From the NCBI GenBank assembly GCA_038087875.1, contig CM075988.1, forward strand, positions 4,588,001 to 4,652,000: a stretch of DNA of 64,000 bases, written 5' to 3'. The notes below the pieces were generated by a model. That model had not been told where the DNA came from. It was given only the letters and a program-made list of their open reading frames with translations, and searched no databases. Position 1 is the first letter of the stretch; each line of letters starts with the position of its first letter. The DNA is from Malacoraja senta (taxonomy: Eukaryota). Position numbers and translations under genes: made by a program. This document shows, one piece after another, positions 26,471 through 39,588 of the stretch.

Positions 26471-27339
26471 CCTTCCAAAAATCTTCCAGAACAATATTGT
26501 GTTCAGGTTGCAAAGGTTACATAAAGTTTTTATAGTTTCACAATAAATAATCAGGATCCTGTTCTTAATTGAGGATTGTGAATGTAAGTGGTTGATTTAT
26601 ACTGGCGTAACTCAACTTCAGATCTCCAACTCCATCTTTGTGGCCCTGTTTTCTTGCTCATTTTATATTGCACTTCTCCTGTGAATAGTCCTCCATCCCA
26701 ACTCTCATACATAGCTACCTTTGTTCTAATTAACTTTCCATTGCAGCCGTTATGCATTTTCCTACTCTTATTACTATGGGCGGCATGGTGGCGTAGTGGT
26801 AGAGCGACTACCTTACAGGGCCAGAGACCCAGGTCTGATACTGATTAAGTGTGCTTGCCTGTACAGAGTGCTTTCTCTGAGATTCTAGGATTTACTCCCG
26901 TACTCCAAAGACGTACAAGTTTGTAGGTTAATTGGCGATATAAGTGTAAAAATGTCCATAGTGTGTGTAAGGTGGTGTTAATGTGCGGGGATCGGTGCGG
27001 ACCTGGTGGGCGGAAGGGTCTGTTTCTGCGCTGAATCTCTAAACTAAACAAATAAAAAATTACGCCATTGTTTTTCCAATCTGACATTTGAGTTACCTTT
27101 ACAGAGTTAGCCTGATTTTCCCAGCATTTATTTCCAGTGAGGCATTTCAGTTGACCATCTTATTTCCAGAAATTCTGCATCCATTTCTAATGGCTCTTGA
27201 TTAGGCCCGTAAGCCATATTAAATAACACCATCTAAAACACCTTTTCTTAGTAATTGCTGCCCATCTTATCTCCTACCTACTTGGCAAATATCATGTTCT
27301 TCGACTTCTTACATTATTTTCTATTATGCCAAATAAAAA

Positions 27340-28810
27340 AATTAAAAACAAAATTAAATCAATAACTCTGCAAATATTAATACAAGCGATATAATTCTAA
27401 TCCATGGATGTACATTAGCATTCAGTCCACAGATCCAGGACCTTTCCTTCCAAGTCTGTTTTGAAAAATGTTCCCTGCTTCTGTGCTATGCTTCTGAATG
27501 GACTATTCAAGAGTGCCCATCTCTCCCTCCTTCACTATTGCCTTGCAATAAGCATGGAGGCAAGGTATTTGTGGAAGGTTGGTCAGAATATATCTCTTCA
27601 TGTCTCATTTGAGATTGTGTAGCATATCAAAGTTTACTGATATCAAACGTTCAAACAATGATACCGTAAATTCGTTATCTCCGATAGTGATCTGTCTTGT
27701 GAAACCCTAAAGATATTATGTCTGGATAGGGTACGATTCCAGCTTATCGTACCATTTGGCAGACATTGTGATATAATGTTTTCCCTGTGATAAATAAACC
27801 TTCACACAAGAGGAATTTGTATTTACATCAATTGCAAATTTACATCTAATCCAATGTGCAAATCTGCTATTAGACTATTGCGTTGATTATTTCTTCTGGG
27901 AAGACACAGGGAATCCCTACTTCAACACTTGTATCAAGCCTGGTGCACCTTGGCTCTTCATCAATGCCTACAACATGGTCTGGAGCATCATTATCCATCT
28001 CCCTATTTATATTAACCAATATTGTGCATTGGTGTAGGACAAAAATCTTCTTCATCGGCGGGAGTGGAACAGGAAACCACTATAAAATGTGTTCCCTAAG
28101 TGTCCTGTCATACCTAATCCACTTGACTGGCTACAGTCAGTGAGCAGAGGTGGCAGATATACTCACAAATTGCTAGAGTAACTCAACAGGTCAGGCGGCA
28201 TTCACGGAGAAAATTGATAGGTGACGTTTCAGGTTGGGACCCTTCTTCAGTCGAATATCAGTCAGAAGCAGAGTCGCAGCCTGAAATATCACCTATCAAT
28301 AGTTCCAGAGATGCTGCTTGACCTGTTTAGTTACGCCAGCATTTTGTGGCTATCTTTGGTATAAATCAGTCTCCTCATTATAATCTCTGGGGAGACAACT
28401 CCAAACACACCAATTACAGAACAGTCATGTAATAATTTGCCCTTCACACTACACCATTTGCGTTGTCAGGATCATAGCTCCATTGGAGCAGGCAGATGTA
28501 TTTCTAAGAATCATTACCAAATGTATGCAGTCTGATGTTTTGTTCCTTATTCCAATTAGTTCATCTGATGACTACATGTAACTTTTCCTGCTCACATCAT
28601 ATCGCGCTTCTCCTGTTAATAGTCCTCCATTCCAACTCTCATACCCAGCTACCTTTCTTCTAATTAACTTGCCTTTGCAACCTCTCTGCATCTTCTGACT
28701 CTAATTACGCCACTGTTTTTCCTAATCTGACCTTTAAGTTACCTTTACGGGGTTTGCCTGATTTTCCCATCATTCGTTTCTGGAGTAAAGGAGTAGGTGG
28801 CATTTCAGTT
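27340..28810 (-). pseudogene. env-like glycoprotein remnant (possibly lokiretrovirus type)
   Basis: Directly downstream of the integrase; Cys-containing fragments (CKFAIDV..SCVKVYLSQGKHYITM, ITIG); ends in W-rich region plus hydrophobic TM: TWKERSWICGLNANVHPWIRIISLVLIFAELLI. Confidence 0.55.
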
Positions 28811-28939
28811 CTGAAAAAGGGTCTCGACCCGAAACGCCACATACTCCTTTTTTTGCAGAGATGCTGTCCGATCCCTTGAGTTACTCCAGCTTTTTGTGTC
28901 TATCTTCAAGCCCATTCCAGATAGTGCTAGTTGAGTTTT

Positions 28940-30370
28940 ACTTTATAGTTACACTCCTTCAGCGGAGTCCAATGTTTCCACCTTGCAGTCTCCTTGATAC
29001 TTACTAGATCATGTTGCTCCTGCAATAATAACACTACGTAGTCCCACCAACTGGTGCTGATGACCGGCTCTTTCTGGGATTTCTTTAGCCGTTACCCTAT
29101 CTCCCTCCTCTGGCATTTTGGCTTCAATACTTATTTTCCCCTTCTACCAATTCTTGATCATCCACCAATCAATGACCTCATTCTTAAGTAACTCAGCAGG
29201 ACAGGCAGCATCTCTGGAGAGAAGAAATGGGTGACGTTTTGGGTGGAGACTCTTCTTCAGACTGACTTTCCCATGACTTTCAGTCGAAAGAAGGGTCTCG
29301 ACCCGAAGCGTCACCCTTTCCTTCTCTCCAGAGATGCTGCCTGTCCCATTGAGTTTCTCCAGCTTTTTGTGTCTATCTTCGGTTTAAACCAGCATCTGCA
29401 ATTCCTTCCTAGACATCTCATTCTTAAGTCCGTGCATCACTCCTGATATACCAGATAATCTTTCCCTTCCATTGCAAACCTCTGCTCCTCCAGTTATCAC
29501 ATCTTCCAGTCGGATGTGAACCTAATCCCTTTGTTTGGGGTTGCTCTGCGCTTCATCGGAATGACTGGGAGTACTTTAACCCATCCCTGTCCAGTCTCAT
29601 TCATGCTTTTGTTCTGTGGGCAGGGGATGAGGAATTGTGGTTTCACTCCTAACAAGACACAGCCTCCTTCATTACCTTTCCCATGAAATGTTTTTCCTGA
29701 TTGGAGTCTATCTGAAGAGGAAGTTACACCCTTCCCCCCCCTCCCATCTAGTTATTATTTCTTTGTTTAGTTTAATTTTGTTCAGAGATATAGCATGGAA
29801 TCAGGCCCTTCGGCCCTGCAAATCCAACACAGACCAAGTTTGGTCCCTCGTTCTATCCTACACACTAGGGTTAAGTTACAGAACCCATTTACCGACAAAC
29901 CTACTCATCTTTGGGATGTTGGAGGAAATCAGAGCACCCAGAGAAAACCCACGTGGTCACAGGGAGAACGTACAAACTCCATACGGACAACACCCATAGT
30001 CAGGATCGAACCCAGGTCTCTGGCACTGTGAGGCAGCAACTCTACTGCTGTGCCATTTTGCCACCCTGGTTAGAATTTATGCTATAATGAACAATCAGCC
30101 TGGGAATGCTTCTACCCACCGGGTAAAGTGGTCAATCTGTACTAAACTATGCCTATTATTTTGGGATTAAGCTAAGGGTCCATGGAGTTTATCGGTATGT
30201 ATTCCCATGGTCTCTGTGATGTGGGTTGATTTCACATCCATACAATTGGTGTTTTCCCTAGTTCTACTGCACATAAGTGATGTGCCATTGGCAATACATG
30301 GCTATATCTCTGCCCATTCCTTTCTTGCTTACTTCTTCATAGAGAATATTATCTCTCCTTTTCCACAGCT
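28940..30370 (-). pseudogene. Retroviral-type integrase, heavily decayed and interrupted by SINE/PLE insertions
   Basis: Minus-strand pieces GMGRDIAMYC, RPWEYIPINSMDP, LVQIDHFTRWVEAFP, KEIITRW, LPLQIDSNQEKHFMGKVMKE, GWVKVLPVIPMKRRATPN, PEEGDRV, RWKHWTPLK. Confidence 0.85.
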
Positions 30371-30379
30371 GATGGATAA

Positions 30380-30930
30380 ATGATGACGAGCTTGTATTAC
30401 ACTTACACATGGAGTCAATTGCTCGTCAAACTTAGAACTCTGCCGGTCTCCACTTTACTCTCCACATCTTTTATTAATTTTGGAATAAGAAACAATTCCC
30501 TTTGTACCCCCTTTTGTAGGGCAGGGGCAATGGTAAATGATTGAGAAAATATGTCATGGACCATCATTTTACCAGACATGTGCTGAACTTCAAGCGCACT
30601 ACACATTTACCCTTTAAAGGGTAAATACTGTCATTACATCAAACCAATCTTTCCCAAAAGAACTTAACATCTCAAGATCAGTAAATTAAATGTCTTGAGC
30701 AACATCTTTTAACCATCTGGCAACACATTGATGTAAGGAAAAGTGATGTTTAAGATTCCTCCCCAATTCTTCAAACGATCTACTAAAATAGCTAATTCAA
30801 CTTCCGATCAAAATATACACAAATCGCCAATTTCATCAAATGTTCCAACTTCTTCCTGAAATATTGGCATCGTATATCCAGTATAGAGATATGTACATTT
30901 CTAATACCTCAACTGGAATTCCACATAATT
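30380..30930 (-). pseudogene. Possible gag-like remnant of the same ERV
   Basis: Helical, coding-like minus-strand translation (FDEIGDLCIF-SEVELAIL.., SLHQCVARWLKD) upstream of the integrase; no diagnostic motif. Confidence 0.25.
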
Positions 30931-30943
30931 CTCTCTCTCTCTC

Positions 30944-32424
30944 TTTCTTTTTATTATTATTATTATTATTTTTTTTCCTTTTCAAAAACTTTATTCGACA
31001 CAATCAGATGATACAACACATCAATACATAATCAAAACATACATTATATCAAAACAAATCATTATAGTACAACAGTACATTCATTATTTACGATACTCTC
31101 AACCCCACGTGGTGACCAGCGCCCACGGAAGGCCTCCAGAGACCCCGTGGACACCGCGTGTTCCCTCTCCAGGGACACCCGTGCACGGACGTACGCCCGG
31201 AAGAGGGGCAGGCAGCCAACTCTAGCCTCACCATCGACCGCCCGCTGCCTGGACCCGCGAATGGTCATCTTGGCCAGGCCCAGGAGCAAACCGACAGGGA
31301 GGTCCCACCCCCCCACTTGGCTCTCCCCACACCCTGCCTTATGCCCAAACACGAGAATCGTGGGACTAAAATGCAACCAGAACTTGAGGAACAACCCCTT
31401 CAGATATTGGTACAGGGGCAGTAGCCTCGCACACTCCATGTACACGTGGAACACGGTCTCTTCCTCGCCACAGAAAATACACGCGGCGGACGAGCCCATG
31501 AACCTTCTCAAAAGTTAATTATAAACCACCGCTCCGTGCAACAGTCTCCACCCCAGGTCCCCAATGTAAAGGGGGACAACTCCCTTATAGAAGGACCCCC
31601 ACCGAGGACCTCCCCCGCCTTCAGGTGGTAACACCGTCCACCAAGGTGTGTCAGGACGGAAAACGAAGGCAAGGAGGTGCAGAATGTGCAGGAACATCCG
31701 ATACAGTGTGCGTCTCTTCGCATCACGAAACGGTATGCTGATCATCTCAGCAAGGCGGCTCAGGTTGTGTGGAGCCGGCACCCGAGAAATATCCCAGAGC
31801 CTAGGCCCGATGAGCAGATCTGACGGAGTGGGTGAAAGCTCAGTCAGAACCACTCTAGGCGCGCGCCTCTCCTCGACACCCGCCATGACTGGGCGAGGAC
31901 CGGCCACTCCCACAGCCGCAACATCCCCCTCCCCTCGTGGAGCAACACGCTGGCTGAAAACAGCCAAATTCCTCACTCTGAGCACATCCCGGTAGAAAAC
32001 AGGCAAACCGCTTAGGGCGAGTCGACTGATGCCCGCCACCGGGAGCCGCGAAACCCCCCCCCCTAGGCAACGACCCCGACGAAAAAAGTACGTGGCCAGA
32101 GCGTGCCATCTGGGGGGGTTCTCTACATACATATACCTCCGCAGAGTCCTGAGACGGAGAGCCGCCACCTGGGTACGCACGCATACCAAGGACTGACCGC
32201 CCTCCTCTAACGGGAGACTCAGGACCGCTGCAGAGACCCAGTGCTTCCTATTTCCCCAGAAGAAATCTACCAGCTTTTTCTGTAAAGCAGATGCAAATAT
32301 GGAAGGCGGGACAAGAGTAGCCAGCCGGTACCATAACATGGAGGCCACCAGCTGGTTTATGACCAGCACCCTCCCCTGAAAAGAAAGAACTCCAAGCACG
32401 CCTGACCAGCACCGCAGCCTGGCG
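30944..32424 (-). mobile_element. Tx1-clade LINE, 5'-truncated ORF2 3' part
   Basis: LSFQGRVLVINQLVASMLWY, GGQSLVC, DLGWRLLHG, CIFCGEEETVFHVYMEC zinc motif; AATAAA then (TAA)n/A tail; (TC)n on both sides. Confidence 0.9.
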
Positions 32425-33496
32425 CTCTCTCTCTCTCTCCCTCTCCCTCTCCCTCTCCCTCTCCCTCTCCCTCTCCCCCCAAAGACAATTGTAAAGGAAA
32501 GGTATAAAACCGTCAGTTTCCAACCTCAATTTTAGGGTTGAAATTGGATTGAAACTGGCCATGAGGGGTCCAACATTTTTTTTTAAATTGTGGAAAATTC
32601 CAGAGAAACAGATCGAATATGCGGGCTGAAAGTTGGTGGAAAATTCCGGCAAAAGTTGTTCAAACGGTAAACGCACAACCTTGTAGATGATGCACTGCTT
32701 TCAGCAGGCAAGGGTCAGGTGAGGGACCAGTCAGAGCAAATGTACACTTTACAGAAAACTCTTGTAAATCTGTATCTCCCTTTCAATGACTTCAGAGTTC
32801 TTTCAACTTGGATTCAAGGAAGCAAAAGTTAGTGGTGAAACAAGACCACTCTGCCTTCAGATTTTTTAAAACCTCAAATCATTTTTGACAGTTGCAAATT
32901 TTGTGCATATCTTTCATTCATTTGTTCTATACCTCTCTATATCACCGTCTATCCCTTTCCCCTGACTCATTCTGAAGAAGAGCCGAAATGTCACAAGTTC
33001 ACAAGTTATAGGAGAAGAATAGTAAGATTAAACGAGAACTTACCTAAGTTTGAAGTTTGATCTTTATTTTATGAGGAGTTACGTAGGTGATTACGTGAAG
33101 AACCCCGCCAGTGCGCCTGCACGTCAATCTTCAAAGCAGCGGTGTGAAATCACAAAAAACAACAACCGAAGTAATATAGTCTCTTAATAAAACGAGTAAT
33201 ACAAGAACTTCCATCTGACCTTTATGATAGAGGGTAGGGTCGTGGCGGGCACGTAATCACCTACGTAACTCCTCATAAAATAAAGATCAAACTTCAAACT
33301 TAGGTAAGTTCTCGTTTAATCTTACTATTTTACTTCAGAGTCACGTGAGTGACTACGTGAAGATTTTAAAGCTTTGTGATTTCATGCCGTAGATCAATCC
33401 CGGCTTCTCACTGCATAGATTGACTCGGAACGAGAATAATCAATCATGCATTCATAATAACATTTGTACCACAGATCCCCTTTAAACCAGAGGAAT

Positions 33497-34440
33497 TTAC
33501 ACAGAACTTAAAATAGTTTCTGCACACAATCCCGCATTAACAATAGGCCGTTGGTAAAAATGTTGAAACATCAACTCATTGGACCATCCAGCGGCTGCGA
33601 GGATATGGTCGACGGGGACGTCTTTTGCCCTGGCCGCCGACTTTTCTGCTGCCCTAGTCGAGTGAGACGTAAAAACATAAGTGTTAATACCAGCAGCTGT
33701 TAAGACTTCTTTTATCCATCTGGAAATAGTCTGTATTGAAACTCTCTTGTGTGGTTTCTTGTGTGTGATCAACAACCCAGTTTCCGTATTTCTCAAATTC
33801 TTTGTGACCTCAATGTATTGTAACAAATATGTCTTAATACAGAGGCAAGGATCATTTGGATATACTGCTAGCATAATTTTAAATCCTGTCACACCTGGCC
33901 TAATTTGCTTTAGTAGGTCATAGATATAGAATGTAACCTTGTCTTCAGTTACTTCCATACTGTCTATTTGTAATTTTCCAAGTGTTTGCACTCGTTGTGC
34001 TGTCACTCAAGCCATAAGCATGAATACTTACATACTGAGCTTGGCCAAAGGTAAAGACACACTTGATGACCATTCACAAAGTAGTTTCAGTACCACACTT
34101 ACATCCCAGATTGTCATGTACCTAGGTTTCAGTGGTTTGGAATTAAAGATTCGGTTCATTAGTCTGGAAACAATTGGGTGTGACCCAATTGGGTTTCTTT
34201 CTGAATCCAGAACCAAATATGAGGACAATGCACTTCTGGCTGAATTAATTGCACTACAACTCAGACCTTCATCATAATAAAGTTTTGACAGAAATTCTAA
34301 ACATTTGAAATATCTGCAGTACTTTATTGCACATTCTTTTGTACACAGAACTCTTCCCATTTCTTAATATAAGAAAGGTACTGTTTTTGAGTGCTCTTCC
34401 TCCAGGCTGCCGTAAGCATGTCCACAGTACTCTCAGACAG
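33497..34440 (-). pseudogene. DIRS tyrosine recombinase (disrupted)
   Basis: SAINSARSALS, KPRYMTIWDV, TAQRVQTL, TISRWIK, HSTRAA, GWS..FQHFY. Confidence 0.9.
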
Positions 34441-34463
34441 TCCTCGTCCCAGAAAAGGCATTC

Positions 34464-36280
34464 TTAAAACCTGCAAATCAACAAATCCAAACGATCATAT
34501 AATGGATGTTGTTCCCCTGTTACAGGGTGCAGCAATAAATTACTCCTTTTTGGGACTTTCATCAACATTTGTGTTGTTAATTCTAATATCAATGGATACC
34601 ATGGCTGTGTAGGCCAATTTGGTACTACCAATACCCTTGAAGCAGCATCTTGCCTGATTTTAAGCAAACATTGGCTTATGAGGCAGAAAGGTGGAAATAT
34701 ATATGAAAACATACCACCCCAATGTAGCGAGAAAGCATCAATCGCCACTGCTCCTGGGTCTGGTTTCCATGAGACATATCTCGATAGCTGATGATTCAAG
34801 TCGATGTCGGGCATTCCAAATCTGATTACTATATCATTGGATACCTCTTGATTCAACATCCATTCTTTATTATCATGGAACTTTCGTGACCTGGTGTCTG
34901 CTATCGTGTTCATTCTACCTGGTAGATAGATAGCTGAAATCCAAATGTTCTTTTCAATACACCAAGACCAAAGTTGATTTAACCATTTTGTCACATGACA
35001 CCGACTTAATTCCACCCATATCATTAATATAGGCAACTGCTGTTGTGTTTATTAATTTGAACTTGAACCTTCCTTTTAGTTGTGTTAGAACCATAAGCTT
35101 GGAGTCCATAGAAACCTCCTAAAAGCTCCAAATAGGTAATCCCCAATGTCTGCAGTAACAATAACTCTTCCTGATTCCATCTGCCTCCACAGCTAGATGT
35201 TAAGTCAGTTGCACCCCATCCTAGTGCACTGGCATCAGTTTGTAATATCATGGAAGGTTGTTCAATCAGCACTTTGCCTGAACTGCTTGAGATGTAGAAT
35301 CCACCACTGCAGATTAGAAACAGCATTTGTTGTTACTTGCATGGTTCTATCAAAATGACCAGCATTTACTCTCAGTGCCTGATCTTTGATTCTCTGCAGC
35401 TGTTGATAATGTAATGGTCCATACTGGACTGCTGGGAATCTACTCATTTTCCCAGTACTCGAGCCACCTGTCTGATTAGAGGTTTTTGCTCGTTTAACAG
35501 ATTACTGCAATCTTTAATCAACTCCACCCTTTTTTCACTGGGCAAAGTAATTTGCATTTGGGCTAAATCAATTGTGAACCCCAAATAATCAATCGAGGTA
35601 CATGTTTTTAACCTTGATTTCTTTAGATAAATTTAGAAACCCCCAAACTTTCAAAAGTTTGATTTCATTACTGCAACCGATGCTTCTGTTGACTGTTTTG
35701 TCCTTCCTATAATCAGGACATCGTCCAGGTATGCCATTAGTACAAGCCCCTGGCTCTCAGCAACCCCAGAATTGATTTTAACAATTTTATGAATATTCTG
35801 GGAGGGAACGTTAACCCATTAGGCAGAGCTTTGAACTGCCCTAATTGGTTCATCCATGTAAATTTAAGATACTTCATATCTTGCAAGTAAACAGACACTG
35901 AACAAAAGGATTCAGACTTGTCAAGTCTATAATAATCCTACATCCTCCATCCTTTTTTGATTGAGGGAATATATTTGACCCAAATTGGTGAATTTGGTAG
36001 ACTGATTCTTCAATAACACCTTTTATATATAGGGTTTTGAAGCGCAGCTTGAATCTCCATTACTTCGCAAAGTGGAGAGTTTTGCTAGGAACATGCTGGA
36101 CAGGCAAATCATAATTTGGATTGAATTCAATTCGAAATCCTTGTATATTATTCAGAATTACCACATCTGAAGTAATCTTCTTCCAATGTTTATAGAAGAG
36201 ACGTAATCTGCCTCCAACTTTTGGACTTAATCCAGTTAGTATGTTCCCATGAGAACCAGGTCCACCTACCTCTTGAGTCA
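34464..36280 (-). pseudogene. DIRS RT / RNase H / methyltransferase (disrupted)
   Basis: VGGRLRLFYKHW, ALPNGL, AYLDD, QTDASALGWG, YLPGRMNTIAD, DAFSLHW..YIFPPF, VVPNWPTQPWYP. Confidence 0.9.
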
Positions 36281-37420
36281 TTTGAGTATTCTGAGATCCC
36301 TGGATTCTCCCGGAAGCACCATCACTGGTTCTTACTCCCGCTGCAGGCCGCCAGCTACGTCCCTGCGTTGATGAGCAACTTGGTCCTGGTCTAGGATCCG
36401 TATGACGTCTGAAAGGATACTTCCTCTTTACAGACTTTGCAACCATTGATGTTTTTATCAATCCTGTTTTCGCTTCATCTTCCAACTCTTTAATACGTCT
36501 CCCGAGATCCTCTCCAAAGAGTAAGTTGGGTAATTGTATATTAATTGGTTTGCAGAGTGCTGCGTATTTCGGATTCATAGTAGGCCGTATAGCACCTTCC
36601 TCAGATAATTGATCTCGAAGTGGGTGCTGCATAGCAACCCCAGTGCTTCCTGATGCAACTTCGTCATCTCTTGGCAGTTATCTGCTATTCTGGTAAAAGC
36701 AGTTATTCCAGAACCCAGCAGCTTTAATATTCTCTGCAACTGATTCCAGATAATTTGGTTCACTGCTTCTGCTTTCAGCAACCCACAGTTACTTGGGGTC
36801 TCCTGCTTTCTTGCAGTCTCATCCATCTCCTGCTGTTCCAGCTGATGGTAAACCAAGTAATTTATTAAGGAGGCCAGTTCTTCTCCTAATGGCTCTCCTG
36901 ACCCTGACGGGGCAGCGAATCCTACTGCCAGGGGTGAAACATCTGGCAGCTGCCGTTCATCGCCTTGTACAGCCTCACCATCAGAGTCGGGGTCTGAAAT
37001 CTCATGACCCGTAGCACGCTCCTCATCCCTGAGGGTGCATTCCATCAGCCCTGTACCAGGTGCTGTTGAGCTGCTTCCAGCAGCTTGGATTTCAGTACAC
37101 TCCTTCCTGAGTGAACTTTGCTCCAACAGCCTATGTAAAAGGCTTTCTATTTGGGCAATACGCTCGAAAGCAGTATCAAGCCCTGGAGCTACTTCCATTG
37201 CCTGGGACTCCCTCCATGGGCCATTGGGATTTAAACGTTGTCTTTTGCCCGACAGGCGCTGACTGTGTTTTCACCAGCCCCAGGTCCACAGTCGCTATGC
37301 TCACCGCTGGCGACTGTACCGGGGTTTAGAGGCGGTTGGTCTCTAACCGCGGACTCCAGACTTTTCCGACTTTCTGTCGGCTGTGTCGCTCGCCTCTTCT
37401 CCCTGTCCGTTTTTTCCCAT
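36270..37420 (-). pseudogene. DIRS gag-like ORF
   Basis: ORFs 36575-37198 and 36060-36632 (LLFGEDLGRRIKEL). Confidence 0.7.
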
Positions 37421-37931
37421 GGCGTCTGTGGAAAAAATCCCCACAGATCCACAGTAAACGGACCTGGAAGACATGAAAAAAGTTTCTACTTACCTTGTAG
37501 TTGAAAAACTACAAACCACTGGAGGAGCTCTGCTCCTCACGTCCGTTTGCGTCAAGGCGTCTGACATAATGACGCGCAGGCGCACTGGCGGGGTTCTTCA
37601 CGTAGTCACTCACGTGACTCCGAAGTAAAATTAGGTCATTCGTCCCGTCGAGTCTTCTTAGCCATTCAGTCATGGCTGCTCTCAGCCTCCTAATCCCATT
37701 TTCCTGCCTTTTCCCCATAACCCTTGACCCCTGATCTAGTCAAGAATTTGCCTAATTCCACCTTTAAAATATCCACCGACGTCCTCCACAGCCCTTTGTT
37801 GCTTTTCTCCAGTGATGCTGTCTGACCCGCTGAGTTGCTGCAGCCTTTTTGTGTCTATCTTCAAATAAATGTATCATGCAATCTTAACAGAAGTCAAAAT
37901 ACTTGATCAATCTTCAGCAGTGGATGAATAA

Positions 37932-38248
37932 TGGGCCTGTCCCACTATACGAGTTTACCCAAGAGCTCTCCCGAGTTTAAAAGAAAATCAAACTCGTGGT
38001 AAGCACGTAGAATGTACGTTGCGGGTACGTCGGAGCTCGGGACGTCTCTTAGCGGCTCGTAACACTAACGGCAGGAACTCGGGAAACGCGGTAAACTCGT
38101 GAATACTCGTGAAGATTTTTCAACATGTTGAAAAATGTCCACGAGAGCCCCGAGTACACACGAGCGGCTTTTACCGTAATTCTCCGAGTTCGAATCAGGG
38201 GAAACTCGGGAGAACTCTTGAATTAGCTCGTACAGTGGGACAGCCCCA
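37932..38248. mobile_element. PIF/Harbinger-type MITE
   Basis: TIR TGGGCCTGTCCCAC/GTGGGACAGCCCCA; TAA TSD. Confidence 0.85.
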
Positions 38249-38766
38249 TAAGGCTGGGAGCCATTGAATAGAAGTATACTTAAAACACCGAAAACTTAAT
38301 GCTTGAATTTTTCTTCCTTTGGAGCTTTCATAAATAACTGAAGAACTAAAAATAAACAGTTTATTTCCACGGGCGAATAGTTTGAACACATAATCCAATG
38401 AATAACAGAAAGGGACGTGTGGGGTCACGCATGCAACACACACAACCTTTTAAAGATACACTGCCTCTTAAAATACAAGAGGTCCTGCATATCTACATCA
38501 CACAGAGTAGGAAATTCAGTTTGTCACATCCTCATTCCTGTGGGACACAGCAATAATATTTAATTATCTTCTGACACAGATCTAACAAATAATTAACAGC
38601 TTTTCATTCCCTCACTCAAGTGAACTCACACGTTGCCACAAATCATGCAATCTTTTTAAACTCAGGAGACCATTTGGTTTCAGAATACAGGATTTACTCA
38701 AAGATCCAAATGTTGTAAAACACCATCTCCCAGACCTCAAGCTAATCATTCAAGTCCCATGACTTA

Positions 38767-39252
38767 AGGGCCTGTCCCACCAGCATGCGGGGCCGGTCCC
38801 ACTTTCAACCGTGGAGCCGTCTGGAGTTGTGCGGGGCTGGTCCCGAAATCATACTCACCAATCAGCTGGGCAGGAGGCGGGCCGACTGAATTTGGACGTC
38901 GCACGGCGTCGGGCGGTTATGTCATCACGCAACGGCACGCCGGGCGGTGACGTCATCGCGCAACGCCACGCGCTAGGCGTACGCCGTCAAGAAGCTGCGT
39001 ACGCCGTTGAGGCGGTGCGTACGCCGTTGAGGCGGTGCGTGCGGCCTTCATGCGGCAGCAGGCCTTTGCCACGCGGAATTTTTTAACACTGTCAGTTTTT
39101 CGGAGCCCCGCGCGATGTCGGGACCAGCTCCGCACAACTCCATGCGGCTCCGGCGATCGAAGTGGGACCGGCCAACGCGAGGCCGCACGGCCAGCGCGAC
39201 CACGTTAGGTCGCGCTAGCCACATGCAGTCGCATGCTCGTGAGATAGGCCCT
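38767..39252. mobile_element. PIF/Harbinger-type MITE (different internal sequence)
   Basis: TIR AGGGCCTGTCCCAC/GTGAGATAGGCCCT; TTA TSD; CpG-rich with subterminal inverted segments. Confidence 0.85.
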
Positions 39253-39280
39253 TTAGACATATAAGAATGCAGTGAAAGTG

Positions 39281-39588
39281 AGCGGCACGGTGGCACAGCG
39301 GTAGAGTTGCTGCCTTTCAGCGCCAGTGACCTGGGTTCGATCCCGACTACGGGTGCTGTCTGCACGGAGTTTTATGTTCTCCCCGTGACCCCGGGGGTTT
39401 TCTCCGAGATCTTCGGTTTCCTCCCACACTCCAAAGACGTACAGGTTTGTAGGTTAATTGGCTTGGTATAAATGTAAATTGTCCCTAATGGGTGTAGGAT
39501 AGTGATAGTGTGCGGGGATCGCAGGTCGGCGTTGACTCAGTGGACCGAAAGGCCCGTTTCCGCACTGTATCCTTAAACTAAACTGAAC
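39281..39588 (+). mobile_element. HE1-like tRNA-derived V-SINE (representative full-length copy; about 25 copies, e.g. 3361-3680, 10473-10773, 11818-13332, 17018-17300, 22705-23130, 26778-27050, 29765-30067, 46515-46806, 48900-49580, 54925-55205, 57360-57650, 60500-60818)
   Basis: Pol III A box (tggcacagcgg) and B box (ggttcgatccc); central gtttgtacgttctccccgtg..ggtttcctcccacactccaaa domain; CR1-derived 3' end; (CTAAA)n tail. Confidence 0.9.

Larger units (their letters stand above)
33018..37631 (-). mobile_element. Second DIRS1-like retrotransposon (related subfamily), full length, decayed
   Basis: Same terminal motifs; ICR 33250-33363; interrupts a CR1 3' end at ATT (flanks rejoin as ggagaagAATtaggtcattc). 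Confidence 0.95.

Noticed and set aside
39281..39355. tRNA gene
   Set aside because: A/B boxes belong to a SINE head; no proper cloverleaf, and it continues into the SINE body
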